Part shown: piece after piece, positions 12,976 through 25,127 of the stretch
Layout of the letters: each line of letters opens with the position of its first letter
Numbering within the stretch: the first letter of the stretch is position 1
Assembly: GCF_006345805.1 (NCBI RefSeq)
Contig: NC_043021.1
Location: 23,994,001-24,058,000 of the forward strand
Direction: 5' to 3'
Source of the DNA: Octopus sinensis
Lineage: Eukaryota
Length of the DNA stretch: 64,000 nucleotides
The notes under the pieces: model-generated
The model's input: only the letters and a program-made list of their open reading frames with translations
Told to the model about the DNA's origin: nothing
Database searches by the model: none
Translations under genes and position numbers: made by a program

Positions 12976-13173
12976 TCATTTTATATTGAAGACATCGTGA
13001 TATACATCGCGGTTTTCCCAGCCAATTTTGCAGATATTACTTTCGTAGAAACAAGGCACATATGCATCATACAGCTTTTTAGCGATATTAGCACAGGTAG
13101 TGGAGTTCAGTTTGTAGACAATTTCTGCACTCATCAGTAAACAATGCCGAAGAGTGACATAATTTTGTCTTGC
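12976..13173 (-). CDS. Stanniocalcin-like secreted protein, coding exon 3 (to stop)
   Basis: Acceptor TTTTTGGCCTTTGCAG|, phase 0. Encodes ARQNYVTLRHCLLMSAEIVYKLNSTTCANIAKKLYDAYVPCFYESNICKIGWENRDVYHDVFNIK*, completing the stanniocalcin Cys spacing. Confidence 0.9.
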   Translation of the reverse strand, partial: ARQNYVTLRHCLLMSAEIVYKLNSTTCANIAKKLYDAYVPCFYESNICKIGWENRDVYHDVFNIK

Positions 13174-13412
13174 CTGCAAAGGCCAAAAACAGATGTCTGT
13201 GTAATAGAAACTAAGAGTACATAATTACTGATACCAAAACATATATGAAGCGGTAATTAATTTGAAAATATAAAATAATATTGGCAAAAGACAAGATGTG
13301 TGTGTGTGTAAATATATATATATATATTTAATATAGGATAGATTTTTCGAAATAAATTCTATCAATGGCCAGCATATTAAAAAATACCTTTAAAGGTTTG
13401 TTTATATATATA

Positions 13413-13468
<56 letters not shown>

Positions 13469-13495
13469 CATATGTACATATACATGCACACACAC

Positions 13496-13552
<57 letters not shown>

Positions 13553-13557
13553 TACAT

Positions 13558-13618
<61 letters not shown>

Positions 13619-13619
<1 letters not shown>

Positions 13620-13826
13620 GAGGCGCAATGGTCCAGTGGTTAGGGAAGCGGACTCGCGGTCGTAGGATCACGGTTTCGATTCCCAAACCGGGCGTTGTGA
13701 GTGTTTATTGAGCGAAAACACCTAAAAAGCTCCACGAGTCTCCGGCGGAGGGTGGTGGCGATCCCTGCTATACTCTTTCGCCACAACTTTCTCTCACTCT
13801 TTCTTCTGTTGGCCTGCTCGCTTAGC
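13619..13826 (+). mobile_element. SINE family C, 3'-truncated
   Basis: GGAGGCGCAATGGTCCAGTGGTTAGGG...GGTTTCGATTCCC tRNA-like head with A/B boxes. Confidence 0.88.
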
Positions 13827-13827
13827 A

Positions 13828-13882
<55 letters not shown>

Positions 13883-13889
13883 TTATCCT

Positions 13890-14402
13890 CTATCTTTTGC
13901 TTCTTTCAATCATTTAACTGCGTCCGTGCTGGAGTATCACTGTGAAATATTTTAATCGAACAAATCGACCCCAGTACTTATTCTATCGGTATTTTTTGCC
14001 GAACTGCTTGGTTACGGGGAAGTAAAAACACCAACACTGGTTGTCGAACAGTGGTGGTGGACAAACACACACATATGCGATGGGCTTCTTCCAGTATACA
14101 ACCACTCTATCGTTCCATCACCGCTCATGTCTCTCTGAGACATTTAGAAATTCAACATTTCTAATTGTGATGATCAGTAAATAAATTTTACTGAAAATAG
14201 GATATATTTGCTGAGAGGTTGCGGTCATCTCAGCTAGCGAGACTTGCTACCCTGGACTGATGACGAGCAATACACTCAGAAGGCTTTATTCGGCCTGAGG
14301 CTATAGTAGGAGACATTCGCCCAAGGTTCCACACAGTGTGACTAAACTCGGAACTATGTGGTTAAGGTGCAGGCTTCTTACCACACAGGCATGCCTGCGC
14401 CG
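13890..14402 (-). mobile_element. SINE family B, old copy split by a 180-bp insert (14094-14272)
   Basis: 3' half 13890-14093, 5' half 14273-14402. Confidence 0.7.
14232..14281 (+). ncRNA. Hammerhead 5' half (truncated by SINE junction)
   Basis: GCTAGCGAGACTTGCTACCCTGGA-CTGATGA-CGAGcaatacaCTCA-GAA, then SINE sequence. Confidence 0.5.
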
Positions 14403-14442
14403 ATGCAAATTTTATATGTATAATGTAATTTAATATATACAG

Positions 14443-14530
14443 CTAGCAGTATCGCCCGGCGTTGCTCGGGTTTGTAAGGGAAATTAATATATAAGCATTT
14501 TTAGAGATGTAAAGTAATAGCCATCTCAAT
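14443..14530 (-). mobile_element. Helitron 3' end fragment, same family
   Basis: Reverse complement of CCCGAGCAACGCCGGGCGATACTGCTAG and the upstream about 60 bp of 18530-18604. Confidence 0.8.
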
Positions 14531-14753
14531 ACTTTCATTAGTTCCTATTTAATAACATTTTATGTTTCTATTAGTTACTGGTAATTTAATAGTATAGCTT
14601 GTAGTAGTGATATATTAATGAGTATGTAGTATTTTCTCATTATTAACTTTTGTATGATGAAATAATGTAGTTCACTTATAATTATTATATTATTATTAGA
14701 AATATTGAATTTCTAAATGTCTCAGAGAGACATGAACGGTGGTGGAGCGATAG

Positions 14754-15022
14754 AGTGGTTGTATGTCAACTCAACGTGACAGTCCCGTAAAGGAATTACA
14801 CCACCGCCATTTAGCCCTAGGAAACATCGAGCAATAAACTCAGAAACATATGTCTTCAGGTGCTAGTCCCAGTTGGCGGGGGTGATTGCCTCCCCTTTGC
14901 AAATATAAGGACACGAAAATGTGTCAAAGCCGACAGGAAACGTCGATGTTTCCTAGGGCTAAATGGCAGTGGTGTAATTCCCTTACGGGGTAGTCACATT
15001 GAGTTGACTGTATACAACCACT
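14754..15022. repeat. Inverted repeat, about 77-bp arms, 112-bp spacer
   Basis: 14754-14830 vs 14943-15022. Confidence 0.85.
14828..14878 (+). ncRNA. Hammerhead 3' half
   Basis: CGAGcaataaaCTCA-GAAAC-ATAT-GTC-TTCAGGTGCTAGTCCCAGTTGGC; complementary to the flank of the 5' half at 14232. Confidence 0.5.
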
Positions 15023-15618
15023 ATATTATATTATTAGTTAAATTAAATTCAATCGTGTTTGTTTTGTTTTGGAGAGATTTATATAAAGCTTTAACTTCTT
15101 TATTAGAGTAGTAATTATGGAAGACTGGTGCGATTTAGCATATTATTTAGTTATTGCAGGTTTATTATTAATACTGATACGATGTACTTTGGTTTATGTG
15201 TTCTTTTGTTGCAGTTTTATAAAAGTTAGTGTTTAATCCTGCCTACAAATTGATTGATTGAATGAATGTGGCCACTTTTATATTATACTATGGAAGACGG
15301 TAGGGATTGTTATTTTCCGATGGCTTAATGGATTGGTCGCTGTTTAGTTACGTATTTAGGATTTTGTTGTAATTTGATTTGATGTATTTAGTGATACGGT
15401 AGTTCATAGGGAAAATGTGTTTGAAAGTTGTTGTTTCTTTGGTTTGTAAAGTTTCCAAACAACACTCATTTTAGTGTTGTTGACACCAGCGGATTCAATG
15501 TTGCTGCCCAGGTGTCGAAACCATAATGATATCTGTGGAGCAGCTGAGGATGGAGGTACGTTGTTGGTATGGCTGTTTTTGTATTTGGGGAGTAGTATAA
15601 TAACACATCCTTTTGATA

Positions 15619-15672
<54 letters not shown>

Positions 15673-15830
15673 TATATATATATAATATATATATATGTGT
15701 GTGTGTGTGTGTATGTGTGTGTAATTATATGTATATATATACACACATATATGTGTGTTTGTATGCATATGTATGTATGTATGAATGTATGTGTATATAT
15801 GTATATATGTGTGTGTGTGTATGTGCATCA

Positions 15831-15962
15831 AGTAATTGTATAGTGTCAACTTAATGTGACAGTCCCATGAAGGGAATAATACTACTGCTTTCTAGGGCTA
15901 AATAGCAGTAGTATTATTCCCTTCATGGGACTGTTACATTAAGTTGACAGTATACAATTACT
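15831..15962. repeat. Hairpin, 59-bp arms, 14-nt loop; same family as 14754-15022
   Basis: AGTAATTGTATA...TATACAATTACT with two mispairs. Confidence 0.9.
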
Positions 15963-16285
15963 TTATCGTATCACTACCACATAAATCTCTCTGAGAGATT
16001 TAGAAATGTATTATATAATGGATTCTCCCGTCAAAGTCAACGTATGAGCATTCAACTTTTGCCGAGCGACCTGCAACGGCAATTTGTTTATAGCGATCAA
16101 ATGTTCGTACTGCATGTTAGATCACTCTGTCCATAAAATTGACGTTGCCTGAAGAGGTGTACGGTGTACCATTTGTCAGGTATCGAAGTGATCGCAGAGC
16201 AACGTGAGATGAAGTGATTCTAGGAATTAAAATCACGATTTAGCGATTGTGAGTACAGCAATCTAACCACTAAGTTAGGATGGTG

Positions 16286-16394
<109 letters not shown>

Positions 16395-16550
16395 ATTTAT
16401 ATATATATATATACATATATTTATACATATATATATATATACATATATTTATACATATATATATTATATATATATATATATATAATATATATATCTACAT
16501 ATATTTATACATATATATATATATATATATACATATTATATACATATATT

Positions 16551-16597
<47 letters not shown>

Positions 16598-16771
16598 ATG
16601 AACAAGACGAACAACAAAAGGAAAAACAAAATAGAAAACAAAAACATAGAAAACGAAATTTCGGTTTCCATGTTCTCATTTTTCATTTTGTCCACGTTTT
16701 TTGACGTCTTGTATGCATTTATATATACATATATATATAGGTATGTACATATATGTATGTATATATGCATT

Positions 16772-16813
<42 letters not shown>

Positions 16814-17655
16814 TATTTATATTATTTTATGATCGTACGCCACGCCGCGTCCATTTCCAAGTAAGTTTTATCTTAATTCCGATGCGCACCCTACAACTAT
16901 CTCTATTCTCCCTTTATTCCACTATTATTATTCTTTCTGTTTTTCTTCTCCTCTCCCTTCACCGTTCTCTTTCTCTCCCTCTCTCTCCCTCACTCTTCCT
17001 CCTTGACTCTCTTGTTGTTCACAAGTGACGAGGCTATCGTTCTTTCTTCCTCTTACTTTACAAGAGACAAGACCTACTTTTGCCTGTCTCCTGTCAGAGC
17101 TTCTTTCTCCAGCGTCCACCACTTTACCTTGTTAAATTAAATCGAAAAGATAAGTTATATTTTTAATTTAAGAAATATTGTTAAATGCTTTTCGATTATT
17201 TATAGCTAATACACGTATTTTTTATATATTTATTTGATAATCAGTATAAGTTAAGATAAGTACAATTATTCTATTATTATTTTAGACCTGATGTGTGACT
17301 ATATTTTTTAATAGAATTGATTTTAGTTCGATTTAATTTGAATCGAATTGATTTTATTATTATTATCTATTTGAAAATATAGCCATGAAACGTGCGTAGT
17401 CTTTTTACTACTATTTTCTATTTATTGTACTTTATTGATTTAAGATAAGGTTTTTTATAGTATATGTTTCTATATGGTGTGAATAACATTTTTCTTTATT
17501 GAATTGTTTAATAGTAGTTTTTCTCTAAATTATATACATATATTTTATATTGTGAAATTTGATTTAAAATTGTTAAATTGAATTTTTCCCTGTAAGTTTT
17601 GAAATTATATCCCTATTATACATATATATATATATATATATATAATATATATTAG

Positions 17656-17696
<41 letters not shown>

Positions 17697-17802
17697 TATA
17701 TATATTCAAATAAGTTATTATTTATAAAATAATGATGAAGTGGCCAGCCAAATAATCCAAATAAGTAAATAGCTAATAAAAAGTCAGAGTACTTTATATG
17801 TA

Positions 17803-18195
17803 ACTGTTTGCTTAAAAGAGAAGTTAAAACTCTCCAAAATCATGCATCTCTCACTGTATGTAGACACGCACGGAAAATATAGCAAATATATTTCTCCGAA
17901 ATAGTCCTCCCACTTGTAAAATACATTTAGTAAAACAAATAAGTTCATAGCCATCCTAGTATCAATTGATTCCGCTTTCTGTGTCGAACCAACACTTACA
18001 GTTCATTAGCTAGATTTACTACATAGACTATTTCAAAAAACATATTTACCTCTCCGTGCACGTTGTTCAACTCAAGGCCGTGTGACTTCCAAACGAACGT
18101 TAGTGAGTAAGTATTCATATTCTTCTTGCGTGTTTGCATATAGTGAGAGATGCGTGTTTTTGGAGTCTTTTTACTCCTCCTTCAAGTAAGCAGGT
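17803..18195. mobile_element. Old MITE-like element
   Basis: Degenerate about 70-bp inverted repeats (17803-17872 vs 18125-18195). Confidence 0.45.
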
Positions 18196-18225
18196 ACATA
18201 TTGTATCCTGACATTTTAGCATATA

Positions 18226-18603
18226 TCTCTCTATATATAAACGGCAGTTTGTCTGTGCGTGTTTCTGTGTGTCTGTTTGCTTGTACCCTCACCCTGACCC
18301 CGGCTTTCAACCGATTCTGATGAAACTTGACACACACATAGCCCAATGTCATAATTCAAAACTAACGCAGCGAAAATTTTGAAAAGTTCCCCCAATTCTG
18401 AAAAAAATCGATAAATTCGACATGGGTTCGAGAATCAGGAACACAAACTGTGTAGGGGACGCAACTCCACCTTTTTAACTATCAAAAAAATATTTACCAT
18501 CATTTTTTTTTCCATCTTTTTGCTATTTTTTGGCTATAACTCTCTAAAAATGCTTTATAGTTATTTCCCTTACAAACCTGAGCAACGCCGGGCGATACTG
18601 CTA

Positions 18604-18604
<1 letters not shown>
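18226..18604 (+). mobile_element. Non-autonomous Helitron
   Basis: Inserted between A and T; 5' TC; 3' CCTGAGCAACGCCGGG hairpin then CTAG. Confidence 0.85.
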
Positions 18605-18657
<53 letters not shown>

Positions 18658-18893
18658 TATAGGTTATGAGAGGCAATGGTGTCAGTGAGACCCAAAGGTG
18701 TCAGGTAATGCTGAAAAGTGCTATGGATAGACCATGGTTAAGCTCCAGGTTCGGTGATTATGCGAATAAGGGGTCTAACGTAGGTCATATATCAGCATGT
18801 GTATATAAAAAAATTCTTTTTCGTAATGAAAAAAAAAACTGAAGGCTGTGTAAATTTATCTAAATTAACTATTGCTTAACCATCCTCTCACAC

Positions 18894-18943
18894 CGTCGCC
18901 GATGAAGGGATATAATAAATATCCTGGAATCAGCTGTAAGACG
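18894..18943 (+). ncRNA. Decayed hammerhead-like motif
   Basis: CGTCG-CCGATGA-AGGGATAT aataa ATATCCTG-GAATC-AGCT-GTA-AGACG; two core substitutions. Confidence 0.4.
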
Positions 18944-18974
18944 TAAGACCTTATTTATTTTATTTTATATTTAT

Positions 18975-19290
18975 ATTTTATCTAGTTTCAGCTCATGAGT
19001 TGTGGCCATGCTGGGGCACCGTCATTTGGTGTTGCTATATGATTTTACTTCACGAATACTTTTTAGCAATTGCCATTTGGTGCATGAGAGAGTTCGATGC
19101 AGCTGCCCTCATCTGCACCTCCTGCTGTGAAGTTGGTTCATCTGGGACACCTGACAGGAAGAGATCCAGTTTTATTTTAAAGACATCTGCATCCACCCCA
19201 TGCAGGTTTCTCAGTTCATTCGGGAGGATATTGAAGACCTGTGGGTTTCTTTCTATAAATTTTCTAAAATCTACACAGCCTTGGTTTTTT
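18975..19290 (-). mobile_element. CR1/L2-group LINE 3' end fragment
   Basis: PQVFNILPNELRNLHGVDADVFKIKLDLFLSGVPDEP, homologous to 34700-34830. Confidence 0.85.
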
Positions 19291-19338
19291 TTTATCGTAT
19301 TGCGAAAAAATTTATATATATATATACATATATATATC

Positions 19339-19610
19339 AGGCGTGGCTGTGTGGTAAAAACCTTACTTCCCAATGACGTGTGGTTTCCAGATTCAGTCAA
19401 GTGTCTTCTATTGTAACCTCGAACCGACCAAAGCTTTGTGAACGGATTTGGTATATATATATATATATACATACATACATATAGTTGTGTGTGTATGTTT
19501 GTCCCACCACCATCACTTGACAACCGCCGCTCTTTGTGTGTTTATGTCCCCGTAAGCTAGCGGTTCGGCAAAAGCGACCGATATAATAAGTACTAGGCTG
19601 AAAGAAATAA
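19339..19610 (+). mobile_element. SINE family B, diverged
   Basis: GGCGTGGCTGTGTGGTAA head; internal TA/TG microsatellite. Confidence 0.75.
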
Positions 19611-20060
19611 AATATACAAAGAATATATATATATATAAATATTACAAAGATCTACAGGTGTCAATTTATTACGGCCGTTTCATGCGGCTCCATTTGATTG
19701 ATTAATGAAAATTTTATATCAATTTGAAAACGACCGTCTCTTCAAATGACCGTTTAGACTCCAAACATAAAGGATAAACAAGTTTTTAAACAAATTTACA
19801 TCAAAAGTGGAAAACAAAATATTTTCATTGTTTCCTTTTTTTATGTCTGCGGCAGAATGTGTTTGGAAAATAATGCATACCTTGTTAAGCCTACTATAAT
19901 TTAGAGAGTAGCAGAAGAGTGGTGACGTAGTTACTTATATTCTAAGACTTTATGTAGCTCTTAGTCTTCAACTATTTAAAATTAGATCCATTGGGATTTG
20001 TTAGTTGTGGGACTATATATCTATTTTTCTCTACATAAAAAGGTGGGTTGCAGGGTTGTA

Positions 20061-20436
20061 GTTCCGTCGGTTACGACGATGAGGGTTCCGGTTGATCCGA
20101 ATCAACGGAACAGCCTGCTCGTGAAATTAACATGTAAGTGGCTGAGCACTCCACAGACACGTGTACCCTTAACGTAGTTCTCGGGGATATTCAGCGTGAC
20201 ACAGAGAGTGACAAGGCCGGCCCTTTGAAATACAGGTACAACAGAAACAGGAAGTAAGAGTGAGAGAAAGTTGTAGTGAAAGAGTACAGCAGGGATCACC
20301 ACCATCCCCTGCCAGAGCCTCGTGGAGCTTTAGGTGTTTTCGCTCAATAAACACACACAACGCCCGGTCTGGGAATCGAAACCGCGATCCTATAACCGCG
20401 AGTCCGCTGCCCTAACCACTGGGCCATTGCGCCTCC
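20061..20436 (-). mobile_element. SINE family C, full length (tail type 1)
   Basis: Same head as 13619. Confidence 0.9.
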
Positions 20437-20706
20437 ACAGGGTTGTAATGAGAGAATGTGGGGAAGAGGCAGTAAATGGAAGAAAAAGGGATAGGGATGG
20501 TCAGTACATATTTAGATTATCAAATATAGGGAAATATAATGAAAAACCAAAAGAGAGTAGTAATATAGACTTTTGGGGTGGAAATTAGAATTTAAGGCTA
20601 CGGGAGGTAGTAATTTATAACTTAGCAAATTTATAATATTAAACTGATCGATATATCGATCAAGGATAGAAATTAAACTTAAAACCTAATAAAAGGATAC
20701 TTTAAT

Positions 20707-21091
20707 ACTCTTTTTTACTCTTTTACTTGTTTCAGTCATTTGACTGCGGCCATGCTGGAGCACCACCTTTTAATCGAACAAATCGACCCCGGGACTTATT
20801 CTTTTGTAAGCCCAGTACTTATTCTATGTGACGGGGACATAAACACACCAGCATCGGTTGTCAAGCAATGCTTAGGGGGACAAACACAGACACAAACACA
20901 CGGACGCATATATATATGTACATATATACGATGGGATCTTTCAGTTTCCGTCTACCAAATCCACTCACAAGGCTTTGGTCGGCCCGGGGCTATAGCAGAA
21001 GACACTTGCCCAAGGTGCCACGCAGTGGGACTGAACCCGGAACCATGTGGTTGGTAAACAAGCTACTTACCACACAGCCACTCCTGCGCCT
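20707..21091 (-). mobile_element. SINE family B, near full length
   Basis: tRNA-like head, CORE-like CACCTTGGGCAAGTGTCTT, internal microsatellite, stem-loop tail. Confidence 0.92.
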
Positions 21092-21300
21092 AATATATAA
21101 GAAAATATATTAAGACTTTTCCTAAGTAAATTGTTTAGAAGGTCATGATCAAAGCATTCTATAATGAATATTCAACGGAATTTAAATTATCATTTAAGTA
21201 GAACATAGTATATTTTAAAGCAATAAAAAGAACTATTCTCTTCATTGCGGGTGAATAAGTATAAGATATCGTAAAATATGGTATAAGGAGTAATTGAATT

Positions 21301-21609
21301 ATCACGTGATCACGTGACCGACCAGACCATCAGACGTTGTTACACATCGCTGGTCACAATGCGCTTCGCATTGTTTTAGCCTTCGAATGACGCCACCCCG
21401 CTGGCTAAGCGAGCAGGCCAACAGAAGAAAGAGTGAGAGAAAGTTGTGGCGAAAGAGTACAGCAGGGATCACCACCCCCTACCGGAGCCTCGTGGAGCTT
21501 TTTTAGGTGTTTTCGCTCAATAAACACTCACAACACCCGGTCTGGGAATCGAAACCGCGATCCTACGACCGCGAGTCCGCTACCCTAACCACTGAGCCAT
21601 TGCGCCTCC
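21301..21609 (-). mobile_element. SINE family C, full length (tail type 2)
   Basis: Same head, different 3' region, which recurs alone at 41882-41997. Confidence 0.9.
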
Positions 21610-22147
21610 ACTTTGAATTGAATTATAGGTATACTAAATGTATAAGGGAGTATATTCGGAAGCAATACCTAAACCGATTTGGGCATGGTTTCCATTATTG
21701 ATGTAAATTTATTTTAAAATGTTTTATCCTTTATGTTTGAAGTCTATGCAGTCACCTGACGAGAACGGTTTCGTTCAAATTGATGTAATGTTTTCATTAA
21801 TCAATTAAATGGAACCGCTTGAAATGACCGTAATGAACTGATACCTGTACATCTTTGTAACTTAATTTCATTGTGTTTACCTAACTTGGAATCTGCATTT
21901 CGGAAATACTACAGAAAGTACATTTATAAAAAGTACATGTCGAAATTACCATGAGCGTATATCTTTATTTAGTTAGGTTGCATTGTCTGCACACACGAAA
22001 GGAATATTGGGGTACAAACACTCCTACACGTTTAATATTCAGTATTCAAATAATATTGTTCGGGTGCGCAGATTATACCAAAGTGGCAAAGTGCTTCAGT
22101 TTAAGTACCTAATTCAACTGAATCTAATTATATATGTGTGTGTGTGA

Positions 22148-22190
<43 letters not shown>

Positions 22191-22221
22191 AGTATGTATA
22201 TATATATATATTATATATATA

Positions 22222-23137
22222 CATGTGGTATCAAAAAGTTCCCATACTAATTCTGTAGCACACCAACAGATGGCACCACACGGTTGCGTGCGCAGTGAGA
22301 GCTAGCAGTGACGTCATGAGGCAGTGTACCGAATGATATTGCTGTGCTTCCTTCACAAGTTGTGAAATTTGTTTTGTTGTGATCACGTGTATGCTGCAGT
22401 CTGTGATTTTGTCATGGATATGAACAAAGAGTCAATATGAAATTTTGTATTAAACTTGGAAAGGCTGCTACAGAGACATCGAACATGCGTCGGCAGGCTT
22501 ACGGTGACGAAGCAGTTGGCGGTACGCAATGTGTTGAGAGGTACGGACACTTCAAAAGCAGAAGGATATCCTTGGAAGACGGCGAGCTATCTGGAAGACC
22601 TGTCATAAGTGTCACGCCCGGGATTGAACCATTGTGCATTGAAAATTCGTCCTCCTGGGCCAGGCTGCCAATCGAGAGCTCCACAGCGACGTTTTCAAAC
22701 GTTTGAGGGAAGACATTCTGCGAAAGTGACCGGATTTGTGGAGCACGACGTATTGGATTCTACACGACGACAATGCACCCTCTCACCAAGTCCTCCTCAC
22801 TTGCGAGTTTCTCACCAAAAACCTGGCATCGCTTCAGCATCCGTCTTATTCGCCAGATTTAGTACATGTGGACTTCCATTTATTCTTCAAGATGAAGTTT
22901 CAGCTCAAAGGTCGCCGTTTTAACACTGTCGTCGAGATCATGAGCGAATCGCTGAAGGTCCTCGACTCGTTTACGGAAAACGATTTCCAGGCCAGATTCC
23001 AAAAGTAGCAGAGACTCTGAGACCTGTGTATTGCTGCACAAGGTAAGTATTTCGAATGAGATGATCATAAAACTTAGGCAAAGAAGTTATTTTTTAAATA
23101 AAAATAACTAGTCCGGGAAACTTTTGATACCACGTCG
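22222..23137 (+). mobile_element. Internally deleted mariner element
   Basis: TIR GTGGTATCAAAA(A)GTT(T)CCC at both ends, TA flanks; MKFCIKLGKAATET, ILHDDNAPSH, HPSYSPDL. Confidence 0.88.
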
Positions 23138-23566
23138 TACATATGAAAGATGGTGTAAGGTCTAGCAACCATCTCCGGGATTTGAACCTATACCAACCAC
23201 CGAATTGAATGTCACTGCATAGTGTCCTCTCCAACAAAAGTAAAGACCTACTATTGTAGCAGCTACCGTTTCAAGGCGCAATAATTTTTCAACACTACGC
23301 CAAACAACCTTAAAGATCTGCAGTGTAGATGTGAATATTTTCAAAGAACATTTAAACATTTTTTTTTATCTGAGGTAATAGATGCGCCTACTTCGCAGCA
23401 GGAAACGCAAGAAAGAATAGTTCTATGCAACACGCTACTTCACCAGAAACAATTCCGGAGAGAAATCCGGGAGGTAGGTGTGAAATAAAAGCCAGTCACA
23501 CTAAAGGTAGTCCAGCATGGCCACAGCCTCGGGCTGAAACGAATAAAACAAAAAAAGTAAAAGTAA

Positions 23567-23969
23567 AGGCGCAGGAGTGGCTGTGTGGTAAGTAGCTTGC
23601 TTACCAGCCACATGGTTCCGGGTTCAGTCCCACTGCGTGGCACCTTACTATAGCCCCGGGCCGACCAAAGCCTTGTGAGTGGATTTGGTAGACGGAAACT
23701 GAAAGAAGCCCGTCGTATATATGTATATATATATGTGTGTGTGCGTGTATGTTTGTGTGTCTGTATTTGTCCCCCTAGCATTGCTTGACAACCGATGCTG
23801 GTGTGTTTATGTCCCTGTCACTTAGCGGTTCGGCAAAAGAGACCGATAGAATAAGTACTGGGCTTACAAAAGAATAAGTCCCGGGGTCGAGTTGCTGGAT
23901 TAAAGGTGGTGCTCCAGCATGGCCGCAGTCAAATGACTGAAACAAGTAAAAGAGTAAAAAAGAGTAAAA
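23567..23969 (+). mobile_element. SINE family B, near full length
   Basis: As above; ends CAGTCAAATGACTGAAACAAGTAAAAGAG. Confidence 0.92.
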
Positions 23970-24158
23970 TAAGCTAAACTGGAAAAAAATATGCAATTAT
24001 AACAAAAGTAATTAAACCACGCAATTAGTAGATAACCTTTTAAACTTCTCTTTCACTTTCTCTCGCTTCCTCTCTATGTCTCTTAATCTCTCTTTCATTT
24101 CATTTCTCTCTTTCTCACTCTCTTTCTCTTTCTTTCTTTCTTTCTTTCTTCCTTCCTT

Positions 24159-24198
<40 letters not shown>

Positions 24199-24290
24199 AA
24201 CAATAGCAAAAGAACTTGATCGTTATCTCATCCATTCCTTTCTCCGACCTCTTTCCCTTTCCCCCCTTTTCCCTCACTCCCTACCACACG

Positions 24291-24323
<33 letters not shown>

Positions 24324-24665
24324 TGCCCCTGCGTGCCCTCTCCTTTCTCTCACTCTCTTTCTCTACTTTTCTCTGCTCAATCACTTTTTCATTTTATCTC
24401 TCTCTCTCCTTCTTTCTTTCTCTCTCTCTCTCTTTCTCCCCCCTCTCTCTCAACAATAGCAAAAAAACTTGGCCGTTAACTCATCCCTTCTTTTCTTCCA
24501 CCGCTCTCCTTCTCTTTTTCTCTCCTTCCCCGCCTCCGCACTCCCTCTCCTTCTCTTTTTCTCTCCTTCCCCGCCTCCGCACTCCCCTTCACGCTCTTTC
24601 TCTCTATTTCCTTCCCTTAATCCTCGGTCTAGTTCTCGTTTTTCCCAATCAGGTATCTCACTTAC

Positions 24666-24826
24666 CTCCATAGATAAGTGTGACTTGAATCCCTCAGATC
24701 TTTTGCAATATATGAGACTGGCGCCTAAACTGAAACCCGTCGGGCCACAAGGGAATCTTTCCTCCAAACAGTTGTAAAAGTTGCAATCGAGTTTCTCGAT
24801 GTAGTTCAGACATTTTCCGGAAATAG
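24666..24826 (-). CDS. Stanniocalcin-like secreted protein, coding exon 2
   Basis: Acceptor T12-CCAG| and donor GAG|GTAAGT; 161 nt, phase 1 to 0. Encodes (A)ISGKCLNYIEKLDCNFYNCLEERFPCGPTGFSLGASLIYCKRSEGFKSHLSME. Confidence 0.92.
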
Positions 24827-25127
24827 CTGGAAAAAAAAAAAAAGTTCAAACCCGGAAAAGGTGAATAAATTGTTGTTGTTGTTATTGTGGTAGTTACTGT
24901 GTTAGCTATTGAACTTTTTGATGTTGTTGCTATAACTGTCGTTGTTGCTGTAGTTCTTAGTGTTCGTGACTTTTTTTTACTGCAAATCAATTCATTTATG
25001 TAAAAGGCATTTCAAATATGATCACCTTGTTTATTTAAGAATATCTAGGTTTGTGCTACTCAGTGTATCATTTCGTGGACAATGAAGTGTATTTTGAAAA
25101 GGATTGTGTACGTCATAAAGATATATA

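Noticed and set aside
13115-13145. CTGATGAG...GAAAT...GTC hammerhead-like words on minus strand
   Set aside because: No helix II, broken helix I, and it lies in coding exon 3 (LLMSAEIV).
15475-15560. TTGTTGA-CACC...GGTG-TC-GAAAC motif before a (TA)n tract
   Set aside because: Three or more core deviations and no helix I; too degenerate to call.
24450-24767. 105-aa ORF MEERFPCG...
   Set aside because: Part of exon 2 read through the GTAAGT donor into AG-rich intron.
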